Assembly: GCA_963804165.1 (NCBI GenBank)
Contig: CAWDPO010000043.1
Location: 96,001 to 160,000 of the forward strand
Source of the DNA: an uncultured delta proteobacterium
GTDB taxonomy: Bacteria; Desulfobacterota; Binatia; UBA9968
DNA: 64,000 bases
Direction of reading: 5' to 3'
Program-made: the position numbers and the translations under genes
Shown: positions 40,401-51,995 of the stretch, piece after piece
Layout: each line of letters starts with the position of its first letter
Position numbering within the stretch: the first letter of the stretch is position 1
The notes under the pieces: generated by a model
Told to the model about the DNA's origin: nothing
What the model saw: the letters and a program-made list of their open reading frames with translations, nothing else
Database searches by the model: none

Positions 40401-43400
40401 GCTGTTCGCTATTCTCTGGGCTCTATCGCCGATGGTGGCTTATTGGATCAGCCTGCCACCGCGCGCGGCTGCGGCTCAGCCTCTCTCGGCGGACGACGTT
40501 CGTATGCTGCGCTTAACCGCGCGGCGCACTTGGCGGTTCTTCGAAACCTTTGTCGGCCCGGAAGACCACGCGCTTCCTCCCGACAATTTTCAGGAAACGC
40601 CGACACCGGTCGTGGCCCATCGCACCTCGCCGACCAACATCGGGCTATATCTGCTCTCCATCATCGCGGCGCGCGATTTCGGCTGGATCGGCACGGTGAG
40701 CGCACTTGAGCGGCTCGAATCGACGCTCGGCACCATGAACAGCCTCGAGCGTTTCCGCGGTCACTTCTATAACTGGTATGATACGCGTGACCTCCGTCCG
40801 CTTGATCCTAAATACATATCCTCGGTCGATAGTGGAAACCTCGCCGGCCACCTCATCGCATTTGGACAGGCGTGCCAAGAGATCATCGACCGCCCGCTGC
40901 TCGGCCCGCATACACTCGCTGGAATCGCCGATGCCATCCTGCTTCTCCGTCAAGCGGTACGTGCGGTCGTCGACGACCGGCGCACCCAAACGGTCACGCG
41001 GAAACAGTTGGATGAAGCAATCGATGCCTTGAGCGCCGCTCTGAGTCCGGCCGCTATGACTCCAGCTGATTGGCTCGTGCGCCTTACTGAGCTCGAGGCG
41101 CGCGCTCAGACGATGTCAGATATTGCGCGCACGCTGACTGCGGAACGGGGCGACAGCGCGGAGGGGGAGTTGGTCGCCTGGGCCGAGGCTGTGCGAGCGG
41201 CCATCGAAAGTCATGGGCGCGATCTCGACGCGGTAATGCCCTGGGCGCGCCTTGTCTTTGGCAAGGCTCCCCTAAATCGCAAGCCCGAAGAAGATTTGGT
41301 TTCGACAACGATGGTGCGCGTTTTTCTCTCGGTCCCGACCCTGGCCGATGCGCCGGACCGCTGCGAAACCGCCAGACGCGAACTCACGACGCTCCGCGAA
41401 CGGGCGGCAAAGGACAGCGCTGCGAAGAGCGATGCTCTTGCGCGAAATCGATGCGCTCATAGAGGGTCTCGCACGTTCTGCCACAGCCTGTGAAGCGCTG
41501 GGCCGCCGCCTTTCAACGCTCGTAGCGCACACGAAAACGATGTTCGACACGATGGATTTCGGCTTTCTCTTCGACCCCACCCGCAAGCTATTCTCGATCG
41601 GCTACCGCGTTGCCGATAACAGCCTCGACCCAAGTTGTTACGATCTGCTGGCGTCCGAGGCGCGGCTCACAAGCTTTATTGCCATTGCGAAGGGGGACGT
41701 TCCGGCAAGCCATTGGTTTCACCTCGGTCGCGCTTTGACGCCAGTCGATACGGGGTCTGCGCTGGTCTCCTGGTCCGGGTCGATGTTCGAGTACCTCATG
41801 CCCGTGCTCGTCATGCGCTCGCCGTCGGGCAGTCTGTTAGGTCAGACTTGTTCTCTCATCGTTCGCCGTCAGCGAAAATATGGAACCGAACGCGGCGTTC
41901 CGTGGGGCGTTTCAGAATCGGCCTATAACGCGCGCGATATTGAGCTGACCTACCAGTACTCAAATTTTGGCGTGCCCGGGCTGGGGCTCAAACGGGGGCT
42001 TAGCGAAGACGTGGTAGTCGCGCCTTACGCGACGGCGCTGGCCGCAATGATTGACGCCGAGGCGGCCGTTCAGAATTTCATAGATCTCGCCCAGGCCGGC
42101 GCGAGCGGCCCATATGGCTTTTATGAGGCGCTCGATTACACGGCCGAACGAGTCCCGGAAGACCAACGCGTGGCCGTCGTGCGCGCCTACATGGCGCATC
42201 ATCAAGGGATGTCGCTCGTGGCGCTCGCAAACGTCCTCCACGATGGGGTGATGCGCACGCGCTTTCACGCCGAGCCGCGCATGCAAGCCACCGAGTTGTT
42301 GCTGCAGGAACGCACTCCACGCGACGTCTTGGTCACCCGGCCCAGGGTTGACGAGGTGCGGGCCGTCGCCAACGTCCGCGATCTCGTTCCACCGGTGCTT
42401 CGTCACTTCGACTCGCCGCACGACGCGACTCCCTGCGTCCATCTCCTCTCCAACGGACGATATTCGGTGATGGTCACTACCGCGGGCTCCGGTTACAGCC
42501 ACTGGCGCGACCTTGCGGTTACACGCTGGCGCGAGGACCGGACGCGCGACAGCTGGGGGACGTATTTTTTTCTGCGCGACAGATCCAGCAGCCAGGTCTG
42601 GTCGGCTGGATACCAGCCAAGCGGCGTCGAACCGGATACCTATGAAGTCGCTTTTTCCGAAGATCGCGCAGAGATCCGCAGGCGCGATGGCGCGATCGTG
42701 ACCAACCTTGAAATCGTGGTTTCGCCGGAGCACGACGCGGAAGTACGCCGGCTGTCGATCACGAATCTCGGCGCGCCAAGCCGAGAAATCGAGCTGACAT
42801 CGTACGCCGAGATCGTTCTGGCAACCCCGGCAGCGGATGCGGCTCATCCGGCTTTTTCCAATCTGTTCGTGCAGACGGAATACGTTGCCGAGCTCGGCGC
42901 ACTGCTCGCGACGCGCCGGCCACGAACCCACGGCGAGCCCCAGTTCTGGGCGGTGCACGTGGTTGTTGCCGAAGGAGTAACCGTCGGCGAGATGGAATAT
43001 GAGACCGATCGCGGCCGGTTTCTCGGCCGCGGTCGCGGCATCCGCACGCCCATGTCGGTCATCGACGGCCACCCGCTCTCCAACACGGTCGGCGCGGTGC
43101 TCGACCCGATTATGAGTCTCAGGCGCTGTGTACGGCTTGCGCCGGGAGCCACCGCGCGGGTTACGTTCTCGACACTCATCGCGTCATCGCGCGACGAGGC
43201 GCTCGCCCTGGCGGACGAATACAATAATCCAGCAACCTTTGAGCGCGCCGCGACCTTGGCGTGGACGCAGGCCCAGGTCCAGTTGCGTCATCTCGGGATC
43301 GACGCCGATGAGGCCTACCTCTTCCAAGAATTAGCCGGCCTCATCTTGTACTCGGACGCGACGCTGCGACCGTCATCTGCGGTGCTCATGGGCAATAAGC

Positions 43401-46319
43401 GGGGGCCGTCGGGACTGTGGCGCCACGGGATTTCCGGCGATCTGCCCGTCGTGCTCGTGCGCATCGATGAGGCTGAAGACCAGAGTATCGTACGTCAGTT
43501 GCTCCGCGCCCACGAATACTGGCGAATGAAACAGTTGGCGGTCGATCTTGTGATCTTGAACGAACAGCCCTCCTCCTACGCGCAAAATCTTCAGGACGCT
43601 TTGGAGACCCAGGTTCGGGCCAGCCAGTCGCGCCTGCAGCAGAGGGGCCGGACTCATTCGGCAATGTTTTTATTCTCCGCGGCGATCTCATTTCGGCTGA
43701 GGATCGCGCACTGCTCCAGACTGCCGCCCGGGCCGTGCTCTTGAGCCGCCGCGGCACCTTGGCCGAGCAAGTGGAACGTCAGCAACGATCCCAAACGCCT
43801 GCGCTTGCGCGCCACGGCGTCCGTCGGCGAGTAAGGCAGTGGATGTCTTGCCGGCGCGGCCGGAACTGGAATTCTTCAATGGCCTGGGCGGTTTCACCGC
43901 CGACGGCCGTGAATACGTGACGATTCTCGGCGAGGGACAATGGACGCCGGCGCCCTGGATCAACGTGGTCGCGAATCCTTCCTTCGGCTTTCAGGTGTCT
44001 GAATCAGGCGCGGGTTATACCTGGTCGCTCAACAGCCGCGAGAACCAGCTCACACCGTGGTCCAATGACCCGGTCAGCGACCCGCCCGGCGAGACGATAT
44101 ACGTGCGTGACGAAGAGACTGGCGAGTTGTGGAATCCCACGGTGCTGCCGATCCGCGAGGAGGCTTGGCCCTATACCGCCCGACACGGCCAGGGCTACAG
44201 CCGCTTCGAGCACGAGTCGCATGGAGTCGCCCTTGACCATTTACAGTTCGTGCCGCTCGCGGACCCAATTAAAATCTCCCGTCTCACGATCGAGAATCGC
44301 TCTGATCGATCACGGCGCTGTCGGTGACCGCGTACGTCGAGTGGGTGCTCGGGCGTTTCACGGAGCGCATCCGCTCCCTTCGTTGTCACCGAGATCGACG
44401 AGGAAACGCGGGCAATGTTCGCGCGTAACGCTTGGAATAGCGAGTTCGCTGGCCGTGTTGCGTTTGCCGACTAGGCGCGGCCAGCAAACGTCGTGGACTT
44501 GTGATCGGACGGAGTTTCTGGGTCGCCACGGCGCCCCCGATCATCCGGCATCTCTCGAACGAGGGGACCGCTTCTCGGGCAAAGTCGGTGCGGCTCTCGA
44601 CCCATGCGCTGCAATGCAGACGACGGTGGAACTGAACGCCGGGGGCCGTGCGGAGATCGTCTTTTTCCTCGGCGCGGCGGCGAGCGCGGAAGAAGCGCGA
44701 ACATTGATCGCGCGTTACCGCGATGCCGACCTTGATGAGCTCCTGCGCGCGGTCACCCAGTACTGGGATGACATTCTCGGTACGGTGCAGGTGAAAACCC
44801 CCGATCGGGCTATGAACTTTATGCTCAATCGTTGGCTGCTCTATCAGACGCTGGCCTGTCGTGTCTGGTCGCGCTCGGCGTTTTATCAAGCGGGCGGCGC
44901 GTACGGTTTTCGCGATCAGCTTCAAGACGTGATGGCGCTCGTGCTGGCGCAACGAGACATTGCGCGAGCGCAGTTACTGCGGGCCGCCGCGCGTCAATTC
45001 GTCGAGGGAGATGTGCAGCATTGGTGGCATCCTCCATCGGGCCGCGGCGTGCGCACCCGGGTCTCCGATGATCGCGTCTGGCTGCCGTACGCGGTCGTTC
45101 AATACTTGGAAGTCACCGACGATTTCGGACTACTTGATGAGGTCGTTCCCTTTCTCGAGGGTTCCACGCTCGCGGCGGGGCAGGAAGATTTGTATTTCGA
45201 GCCCCGGGTTTCCGCGCAAACCGGCACCTTGTTCGAGCACTGCGCTCGCGCTCTCGATCGCAGTTTGGCCGTTGGCAGTCACGGGCTTCCGCTGATCGGC
45301 ACGGGAGACTGGAACGATGGGATGAACCGGGTTGGATCTGCAGGAAAAGGCGAGAGCGTCTGGCTCGGCTTGGTTTCTTCACACCGTGCTTTGGGAATTT
45401 GCCCGGCTGGCCGATGCTCGCGGCGAGCACCAGCGTGCCGAGACTGTGGCGACTGCATGTCAGCGCGCTTAAAGCAGCGCTGGAACGAGAAGCGTGGGAT
45501 GGCGAATGGTATCGGCGCGCATACTTCGACGATGGGACGCCGCTCGGCTCCGCCGCGAACGCCGAATGCCGCATCGATTCGATCGCCCAATCCTGGGGCG
45601 TCATTTCCGGTGCCGCTGAGCCGGCTCGTGGAGCGCGCGCCATGGCGGCCGTCGAGAAACATCTCGTGCGCCGCGCCGAGGGACTCGTGCTCCTCTTCAG
45701 CCCGCCGTTTGACCGTGGGAGCCCCGATCCGGGCTATATTAAAGGGTACCTGCCCGGGGTGCGCGAAAACGGCGGCCAATATACTCATGCGGCGATCTGG
45801 TCCGTCATTGCTTTCGCGGCGCTCGGCGACGGCGACAAGGCCGGCGAACTTTTCTCGCTCTTGAACCCGATCAATCATGCGAGCAGCCGTGCCGGCGTTT
45901 ACCGCTACAAAGTCGAGCCCTATGTCGTCGCCGCCGATATTTATGCCGAACCGCCGCACGTCGGGCGCGGCGGCTGGACGTGGTACACCGGATCAGCGGG
46001 TTGGATGTACCGGGCCGGCATCGAGTGGATACTAGGTTTCCGTCTGCGCGGCACGAGGCTTTACCTCGATCCTTGTATCCCGCATGCATGGCGCAGCTTT
46101 GAGATCACATTTCGCCATCACTCGGCGCGTTACGAAATCGTCGTCGAGAACCCACAGGGGGTAATGCGCGGGGTGTCATCTGTTGAACTCGATGGCGCAC
46201 CGTTGGCAAGCGGCAGCATGCATATCCAGCTCGTCGACGACGGCGCAACGCACCATGTACGTGTAGTTCTCGGGTCAGAAGGCCTGCCACTCATGCACCA
46301 GGTGGCGATACCGCGATGA
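37442..46319 (+). CDS. ndvB: Cyclic beta-1,2-glucan synthase/phosphorylase (GT84 + glucoamylase-like + GH94), split by many frameshifts
   Basis: EWLVDNY, GWERKRGKL, ITLDADT, SHDLFEG, RWARGDWQ, LPPDNFQE, SWSGSMFEYLMP, YQAGGAYGFRDQLQD, GTGDWNDGM, RENGGQYTH and GGWTWYTGSAGW, in the canonical order. Confidence 0.93.
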
Positions 46320-46497
46320 CTCCTGTCGCAAACGGTTGCCCGCTCAAGTCAACGGCAAAATTATACTCGCTGAGGAAAGTCTGAAGCAGCCAGTGCCAAC
46401 TACCAAAGATGGCTAGCTCGTTCATGACATCGAAAAGCATGCGAGCCGGCTCTTATTCTCAGTCAGAGCTTCTAGAGTGGTTGTGTCAGAAGACACC

Positions 46498-47107
46498 ATG
46501 GTGACTGAAACAATTCTCCGATGGATAATTGAATATGGATATATCGGTATCTTTTCAGTCCTGGCGCTAGGGATTATCGGCGCACCCATCCCGGATGAAG
46601 GGGTGCTCGCATTCGCGGGTTATCTTGTCTACGAAGGTAAGTTGCTGCTTGTACCGACTTTGGCCGCGGCATTTTTCGGCAGCGCGTGCGGTATCACGGT
46701 AAGCTATGCCTTGGGACGCACCGGTGGCGCATATCTAATTTCAAAATTTGGTCATGCCGTGCACATTACAGGAGAAAAAGTAACCCATGTTCATACCTGG
46801 TATGATCGTGTGGGGAAGTGGGGTCTGCTGTTTGGTTTTTACTTGCCGGGCGTACGGCATTTGATAGGATTTGGTGCTGGAATTGCGAAACTACCGGTAT
46901 CCGTGTTCGCTCTGTTTGCATTTATAGGAGCTTTCAGTTGGTCGGTCACCTTTGTTTCCGCTGGTTACTTATTAGGTAGACAATGGACTCTAGTCTTCGG
47001 CAAGATTCGCCCCACTCTGGTGAGTAGTTCTGTCGTTATCGTCAGTATTATTCTTGTTATACATTCTTGTTCTACGATTCCTTCACAAACAAAAACCCAA
47101 AGTGTAG
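46498..47107 (+). CDS. DedA-family membrane protein (likely frameshift near 47055; reads through to 47370 as given)
   Basis: YGY..IF...GAPIPDE..L..AG...SYALGR...PGVRH...AG. Confidence 0.85.
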
Positions 47108-47171
47108 CTTGTAAAAAGTTCCGCCGCTGCGGCAAAAAACACTCCCTATTACCAGATTACCAGGAAGCTCA

Positions 47172-48284
47172 ATGCCCGATCCCACAATCCCGTCCGAACC
47201 GAGCATCCATAGCGGCATCTGCTACGCGATCTTTGCCTACGACGCGGCGCGAGCAATCAATCTCGCCAACGCCGAACGGCGCGTGCACGAAACCACCGAG
47301 CGGCCGACCATCGCGCACAAGCGCCGCACGCCGAGTTATTTCGAATATCAGCCGCCGCCGGTGCGCTTGAGTCAAAACGCGACGCCGCTCCCAGTCGGCA
47401 AGTTTGCGACGCGGCCGGCGGTCGACGTGATGATTTATGATTTCGGCGCGGTCGCCGTTATCTACGCCCTGCCGATTGCCGGACCGCTCGACAATTTGCT
47501 CGGACTTAGCGAAGAACTGTACGACAACGAAGCGCTGCTCGTCGACTCTCGCCTGCGTGTTGATCAGCTTTTGAAAGTGATCGGCGACGCCGCGACTCAG
47601 TCACACCCTTCGCCATTCGTCGAAGACTACGTGATCTTCCACCTGGAGAGCTTTAGCGAACCACTGGATCCGAATCGATTCTGCACGCAAAACGCCCGTG
47701 AGATCGGTCAGATTCTTCGAGCCGAGCGGCAAACGCTCTCGGAGCAAGAAGTCGAGGACGCGCTCAGCGTGCGCGTTTCCTATGGCCCCGATGACGTTGC
47801 GATCGTGGATTGGAACGCTGCGTTGCTAGTCGATCGTGAAGGCGATGATGTCCGCGCGGTGCTCGAATTTGCCAACGTCGAATTGCTGGAAATGCGCTAC
47901 GTCGACCAGAAACTTGATCGCGCCCTGGATCAGGCTTACGCGACACTTTCGCGGCGCACATGGGGACTTCCGCGCATCTTCGCCTCTTACAGCGCTGACC
48001 TGCGCAGCCTGGCCGAATTGCAGGTCGACAGCGCCGCTTTGTTCGAAGGCGTCAACAACACGCTGAAGCTGATCGGCGATCAATACCTGGCGCGGCTCTA
48101 TCGCGTAGTTAGCCGCCGTTTCCATCTCGACGAATGGGACGCGAGCATCTTGCGCAAGCTGCAGACGCTCGAAAGCATCTACGAAAAGATCTCCACCCAG
48201 GCCTCCAATCGGCGCATGGAAACGTTGGAGTGGGTGATTATCTTTCTGATCGCCTTTTCCATCGCCTTGGAATTTATCCACTAA
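47172..48284 (+). CDS. Uncharacterised protein (RMD1/DUF155-like) with a C-terminal TM
   Basis: DVAIVDWNAA, LEFANVELLE.RY.D, GDQYLARLY and LEWVIIFLI motifs. Confidence 0.65.
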   Translation: MPDPTIPSEPSIHSGICYAIFAYDAARAINLANAERRVHETTERPTIAHKRRTPSYFEYQPPPVRLSQNATPLPVGKFATRPAVDVMIYDFGAVAVIYALPIAGPLDNLLGLSEELYDNEALLVDSRLRVDQLLKVIGDAATQSHPSPFVEDYVIFHLESFSEPLDPNRFCTQNAREIGQILRAERQTLSEQEVEDALSVRVSYGPDDVAIVDWNAALLVDREGDDVRAVLEFANVELLEMRYVDQKLDRALDQAYATLSRRTWGLPRIFASYSADLRSLAELQVDSAALFEGVNNTLKLIGDQYLARLYRVVSRRFHLDEWDASILRKLQTLESIYEKISTQASNRRMETLEWVIIFLIAFSIALEFIH

Positions 48285-48306
48285 AGCTTCCGCACCGCAC
48301 GTATCC

Positions 48307-49551
48307 ATGGAAACACTTTTAAATCTCGGTTTGGCCCTCACCCTCGGGCTGCTGGTCGGCGTCGAGCGAGGCTGGCAAGAGCGTGAGGCCGCGGAAGGCA
48401 GCCGGCTCGCCGGCATTCGAACTTTTGGCTTGATCGGTCTGCTCGGCGGTCTCTGGGAACTTCTCGGTCGCGGTTCAAGCGAGCTTCTCCTGGGCATTGC
48501 TTTTCTGGCGTTTGTCGTGCTGCTGTCGGTGGCACACGTTGCCGAGACGCGCGCCAGCCACGATTACGGCGTGACCACGCTGATTGCCGCTCTGATTACT
48601 TTCGCTCTCGGCGCCCTTTCAGTCCGCGGTGAGCGCGCTGTCGCCGCCACCGCTGCGGTGCTCACGACGATTATTCTGAGCCTTAAGCCGATCTTGCATC
48701 GGTGGCTGCAACATATTGAGCGGCAGGAATTGACTGCCGCGCTAAAACTCTTGCTGATTTCAGTGGTGATCCTGCCGGTCCTGCCGGATCGGGGTTACGG
48801 CCCATGGCAGGCGTTGAACCCCCACGAACTCTGGTGGCTCGTGGTCCTCATCGCTCTGATATCGTTTGCCGCCTATTGCGCCGTCAAAATCGCCGGCCCC
48901 GAGCGAGGCATCTTGCTGGCCGGGTTTCTCGGTGGACTCGTCTCTTCGACGGGAGTGAGCCTCCATCTCTCGCGCCTGGCGGCGGAAAGCAAACAACGCA
49001 ACATCATCGTCGCTGGAATATTAGTGGCGTCGGCGACCATGTTTGTCCGCGTGCTTTTCTTGACCGCGGTACTGAATCCCGGTTTGGCGAAATTGCTCGG
49101 CCCGCCCACGTTGGCCATGGCTCTATGGCTTTTCGGCGCCGCCGTTTTGCAAACGCGGAGAAGCGAGGGAGCCGCTCTCGATTCTTTGAAATTACGCAAC
49201 CCGGTCGAGCTAGGACAGGCCCTCCAGTTCGGCCTGCTCCTCGCGCTGATTATGCTGGGGACTCATGCAGCGCGGGCTTGGTTGGGCGAGCCTGGCATCT
49301 ATCTTCTCGCCGCCATCTCCGGCGTCGCTGACGTAGACGCCATCACCTTATCTATGTCGCGGTTGGGGTTTGGCGAAATATCGATTCGTTCCGCTGCCTT
49401 CGCGGTATTGATTGCAACGATGGTCAACACTCTGACTAAGGCTGCTTTGGTGGCGATCATCGCCGGCGCAAAGACCGCTGCACCCATTGCCGGGCCAATC
49501 GCTGGATGTCTGTTGATCGGCGCGGTTCTCGGCTGGTGGTGGGTCTACTAG
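48307..49551 (+). CDS. MgtC/SapB plus DUF4010 membrane protein
   Basis: GLLVGVER, AGIRTF, GGLVSST and SGVADVDAIT motifs. Confidence 0.9.
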   Translation: METLLNLGLALTLGLLVGVERGWQEREAAEGSRLAGIRTFGLIGLLGGLWELLGRGSSELLLGIAFLAFVVLLSVAHVAETRASHDYGVTTLIAALITFALGALSVRGERAVAATAAVLTTIILSLKPILHRWLQHIERQELTAALKLLLISVVILPVLPDRGYGPWQALNPHELWWLVVLIALISFAAYCAVKIAGPERGILLAGFLGGLVSSTGVSLHLSRLAAESKQRNIIVAGILVASATMFVRVLFLTAVLNPGLAKLLGPPTLAMALWLFGAAVLQTRRSEGAALDSLKLRNPVELGQALQFGLLLALIMLGTHAARAWLGEPGIYLLAAISGVADVDAITLSMSRLGFGEISIRSAAFAVLIATMVNTLTKAALVAIIAGAKTAAPIAGPIAGCLLIGAVLGWWWVY

Positions 49552-49573
49552 TGTCGATGTTTAAAGCGCTCGA

Positions 49574-50437
49574 TCATCTGGCCGGCACGGCGAGCACCGG
49601 ACAGTGTGCCCCGCGCAGCACTCTTTCCGTCGTGCTGCCGCGCAGAGCATCCAAAAAACCCATATGCCCTTGGGTTGCTAGCACCATAAGATCGGGACGC
49701 CACTTCGCCTCAGCTTTGAGGATTTCGTCTACGACCTCACCTCGTCTTACGATTGTTTCAAAGGACCATCCACGCCCCAAAGGCAAATCAACGACGGGTG
49801 GCCTCCTATTGTCAGTTGCGATGTGAATTAGGCGAAATTCTCCTGCCACGCAGTTCAGGCCCAGCGCCAAAAGTAAAGCTCTGTCGAGCGCCGTTTGCGG
49901 ATCGGGATCATGATCAATAGGAACGAGAATTTTTTTTAGCGCGACCGAACCGTTATTGGGTGAAACAAATCCTTTTCCTTCATGAGGAATAAACAGCGTC
50001 ATCGCTCCCGACCGGCGCGCGAGAGGCTCTGCGACCGCTTTATACAACCAGCGATCGAGGCCTTCCCTCTGGTGCGTAGCCAGTACAATTAAGTCTGGCG
50101 GAAATCTGTGGAAATGCCGCAGCATGCTTTCGACAGGATCGGCACTTGAAGTTAGAATCTTCCTTATACCGAGTCCGGCTTTGGCGACTTCTTCCTGCCG
50201 AGTACCGCTGGGCAGGATACTCCAGCGCGTCAATGTGGCTCGCACAGCCGGGAAATCAAGCCAGTCGGCTTTCTCTGGCTTGGCTTGTGGTTGCACGTGC
50301 ATGATATCGAGCTTCGCTTTTGACTGCAGTGCAATTTTGAGGGCATGACCAAAGGCAACTTCGCTAGCCGAGGAGAAATCCGACGGATGGAAGATAACAA
50401 ACTTTCGACCAACCTGGTTTCTAATTGAGGACATCAT
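49574..50437 (-). CDS. Universal stress protein, tandem domains
   Basis: IFHPSDFS, LATHQREG and LRGSTTERVLR motifs. Confidence 0.9.
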   Translation of the reverse strand: MMSSIRNQVGRKFVIFHPSDFSSASEVAFGHALKIALQSKAKLDIMHVQPQAKPEKADWLDFPAVRATLTRWSILPSGTRQEEVAKAGLGIRKILTSSADPVESMLRHFHRFPPDLIVLATHQREGLDRWLYKAVAEPLARRSGAMTLFIPHEGKGFVSPNNGSVALKKILVPIDHDPDPQTALDRALLLALGLNCVAGEFRLIHIATDNRRPPVVDLPLGRGWSFETIVRRGEVVDEILKAEAKWRPDLMVLATQGHMGFLDALRGSTTERVLRGAHCPVLAVPAR

Positions 50438-50565
50438 CTAGTCCAAATTCCTATCTATCAAGTCATTCTTTGTCTTTCGAACCACGCATGGCCGTAGCCG
50501 TAAGAAAAATCGCCTCAGACCAGAGATCAAAATCCTTGTCTATGCCGCCTCTCTGCGGTCGCGAT

Positions 50566-51444
50566 CTAAATGGCCGGTACGGCGAGCACCGGGCAATGCG
50601 CCCCGCGCAGCACTCTTTCCGTGGTGCTGCCGCGCAGAGCGTCGAGAAAGTCTCGGTGCCCTTGAGTCGCCATAACGATTAAATCCGGCGACCAGTCGGC
50701 CTCTTCTTCGAGAATGCGCTCGATCGCGTCACCAGGCACCAACCGTTGCTGCCAACGCCAATTGGGTTGGTGCGGCAAATATAGGGTCGGCATTCCCCGC
50801 TCCGTGCCCACGTGCAAGAGCTTGAACTCGATCTTGGGACAATCGAATCCGGTGGCCAGAAAATAGGCTTCGTCGAGCGCCGCTTGCGCATTAGGTTGAT
50901 GGTCCACGGGAATGAGAATGCGGCGGAGCGTGACGGAGCCATCGGCAGGCGAAATAAATCCTCGGCCGTGAGTCGGCACGAATAGGGTCATGGCGCGGGA
51001 GCGGCGCGCCAGTGGCTCGGCCACCGGTTTATGCAGCCAACGGCCAAGCCCCGCGCGCTGATGCGTCGCCAACACCAGCAGATCAGGGGGGTGATCCTCA
51101 CAATAAGTCACCATCGCCTCCAACGGATCGCTTTCCGAATAGAGAACCTTCTTCACGCGCAAACCGGTCTTGGCGACTTCTTCTGCGCTGGCTTTCGCCG
51201 GTAAAATATTCCAGCGCGCCAAGGTCTCCCGTACCCCGGGAAACTCAATCCAATGAATGTCGTTCTCACGGCCGACCTTGTGCCGTTCCACGTGTACGAT
51301 CTCCAGCTCCGTCTTGGCCTGCAGAGCGATCTTGAGCGCATGGGCAAACGCTACCCGGCTCGCTTTGGAAAATTCTGATGGATGTAGAATTCTAATCAGC
51401 GGCTCGCCGCCGGTTTTTGTTTGGTCATTCATATCGAGCTCCAT
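50566..51444 (-). CDS. Universal stress protein, tandem paralog of 49574-50437
   Basis: ILHPSEFS, LATHQRAG; near-identical C-terminus ATQGH..FLDALRGSTTERVLRGAHCPVLAVPA. Confidence 0.9.
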   Translation of the reverse strand: MELDMNDQTKTGGEPLIRILHPSEFSKASRVAFAHALKIALQAKTELEIVHVERHKVGRENDIHWIEFPGVRETLARWNILPAKASAEEVAKTGLRVKKVLYSESDPLEAMVTYCEDHPPDLLVLATHQRAGLGRWLHKPVAEPLARRSRAMTLFVPTHGRGFISPADGSVTLRRILIPVDHQPNAQAALDEAYFLATGFDCPKIEFKLLHVGTERGMPTLYLPHQPNWRWQQRLVPGDAIERILEEEADWSPDLIVMATQGHRDFLDALRGSTTERVLRGAHCPVLAVPAI

Positions 51445-51461
51445 AGTCGTCGCCCGCACCG

Positions 51462-51959
51462 TTAATGGGCGGCCTTGGGTTTCACCGTCAGCACCGGACA
51501 AGGCGCGTGACGTACGATCTTTTCGGCGACGTTGCCGATCACCAGACGCTTGAGGCCGGTTCGGCCATGGGTCGCCAAGACGACGAGATCGGTCCGCAAA
51601 TCTTCGGTTGCATCGAGGATCGCCTCAAACGGATCGCCTCTGCGGACGTGGTAACGGACTTTGCCGTAGTGTTGCGCGACATCGTGACAAAACTGTTTGA
51701 GCAAGACTTCCGAGTGTTCCTCCGTGGCCCGCAAGATCTTGGCGCGCCTTTGTGGCTCGCCGGCATAGACATCGATGAGCGCCGGATCCGTCTGCGTGAT
51801 TTCGCTCATATAGACTTCATCGAAGGGATTATGGATTACGTGGAGAATGTCTAGCGTGCCTTCGCTGGCTTCGGCAACCTTCACCGCCAGCTTCAACGCC
51901 TCCAAAGAAAATCCCGAAAGATCCACTGGGCAGAATATTCGTTTGAAATCGAGACTCAT
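51462..51959 (-). CDS. Universal stress protein, single domain
   Basis: IFCPVDLS...LATHGRTGL..LVIGNVAEKIVRHAPCPVL. Confidence 0.92.
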   Translation of the reverse strand: MSLDFKRIFCPVDLSGFSLEALKLAVKVAEASEGTLDILHVIHNPFDEVYMSEITQTDPALIDVYAGEPQRRAKILRATEEHSEVLLKQFCHDVAQHYGKVRYHVRRGDPFEAILDATEDLRTDLVVLATHGRTGLKRLVIGNVAEKIVRHAPCPVLTVKPKAAH

Positions 51960-51995
51960 GTTCGCCTCCCTGGGCTTTTAGATTGACTGAACGAT

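Noticed and set aside
38799-45959. Long antisense ORFs over ndvB (e.g. 41960-43072, 38799-39485, 45279-45959)
   Set aside because: Shadow ORFs of a GC-rich coding strand with no motifs.
37442-46319. Programmed frameshifting or multiple separate genes in ndvB
   Set aside because: Breaks fall inside domains with no consistent slippery site; error or decay is the simpler explanation.
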